Shown piece by piece: positions 63,824 to 64,000 of a stretch of DNA of 64,000 nucleotides. The notes under the pieces were generated by a model that searched no databases, had not been told where the DNA came from, and worked only from the letters and a program-made list of their open reading frames with translations. The translations under genes and the position numbers were made by a program. The DNA is taken from positions 476-64,475 of the forward strand of contig CALNWS010000019.1 of assembly GCA_940747215.1 (NCBI GenBank), written 5' to 3'. The DNA comes from an uncultured Paraburkholderia sp. (GTDB lineage Bacteria; Pseudomonadota; Gammaproteobacteria; Burkholderiales; Burkholderiaceae). The stretch's first letter is position 1. Each line of letters begins with the position of its first letter.

Positions 63824-64000
63824 ATGACCAGAAAAACTCGACTTTCGCGGGCAATCCTTCAAGGACGTCCTCGGCTTCACTTTCCGGCACTGGGCTGAGC
63901 AGCCTTGGCGCGTCATCGTCATCATCGTGCTGGCGCTGCTCTCCGCGCTCGCCGATGTGCTCACGCCGATGTTCGCGGGCCGTCTCGTCGACGCTATCGC
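63824..64000 (+). pseudogene. ABC exporter (fused TMD-NBD type) 5' end, partial at the window edge, apparent frameshift after codon 4
   Basis: The conserved N-terminal/TM1 sequence (LDFRGQSFKDVLGFTFRHWAEQPWRVIVIIVLALLSALADVLTPMFAGRLVDAI) is in a frame with no start codon after its upstream TGA. ATG 63824 (MTRK) is in the -1 frame and joins it if the A5 run (63832-36) is shortened by one A. This could also be a homopolymer sequencing error. Confidence 0.45.

Noticed and set aside
1-64000. The possibility that all frameshifts are simply sequencing or assembly errors.
   Set aside because: Not fully excluded for single homopolymer events (35246-49, 63832-36). It is rejected as a general explanation for three reasons. 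The lesions cluster in a subset of genes, while about 33 kb of other CDS has none. Many lesions are premature stop codons, multi-nt duplications or a deletion of about 120 nt. Broken genes usually carry several independent lesions.

Overview
GC-rich chromosomal segment of Burkholderia type (Burkholderia, Paraburkholderia or Caballeronia-like), judged from protein sequences and gene order. No database search was run.

Layout:
- 1-8964: housekeeping block with a thiD-like gene, rubredoxin, yqgE, ruvX, pyrR-pyrB-pyrC', plsC-like and apaH.
- About 9.2-48.5 kb: a roughly 38 kb mosaic LPS/O-antigen-type glycan locus that depends on a Wzm/Wzt ABC transporter. It holds rmlBADC, manC, wzm and wzt. It also holds an adenylate-forming enzyme, a deacetylase-like gene and wecB. 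A GT2, a small 4-TM protein and a giant membrane protein look like a periplasmic glycosylation trio. About 8 further glycosyltransferases follow, including a 914-aa one with six 69-aa tandem repeats. The locus ends with a wbiG/H/I-like trio and a second WecA-like initiating transferase.
- 48.8-58.0 kb: a decayed accessory region. It carries an MCP, a cytochrome c / copper-radical-oxidase-like / SCO1 module and a tandem alpha/beta-hydrolase. It also carries an IS3-family transposase remnant, two serine-recombinase relics and a truncated MFS gene.
- 58.3-64.0 kb: mltD, gloB, a methyltransferase, rnhA, dnaQ, tRNA-Val(CAC) and the start of an ABC exporter.

The dominant signal is strongly non-random gene decay. 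About 21 genes carry in-frame stops (often TGG>TAG), frameshifts, micro-duplications or deletions. About 36 genes are uninterrupted, including every transport, precursor and glycosyltransferase gene of the glycan locus and ORFs of 627-914 aa. This pattern resembles a host-restricted or reductively evolving Burkholderia lineage that keeps its surface glycan machinery. It has lost pyrimidine synthesis genes, chemotaxis, glycan methylation genes and accessory functions.

No rRNA genes, CRISPR arrays or intact mobile elements were seen. All lesion positions were read by eye and are approximate to a few nucleotides.
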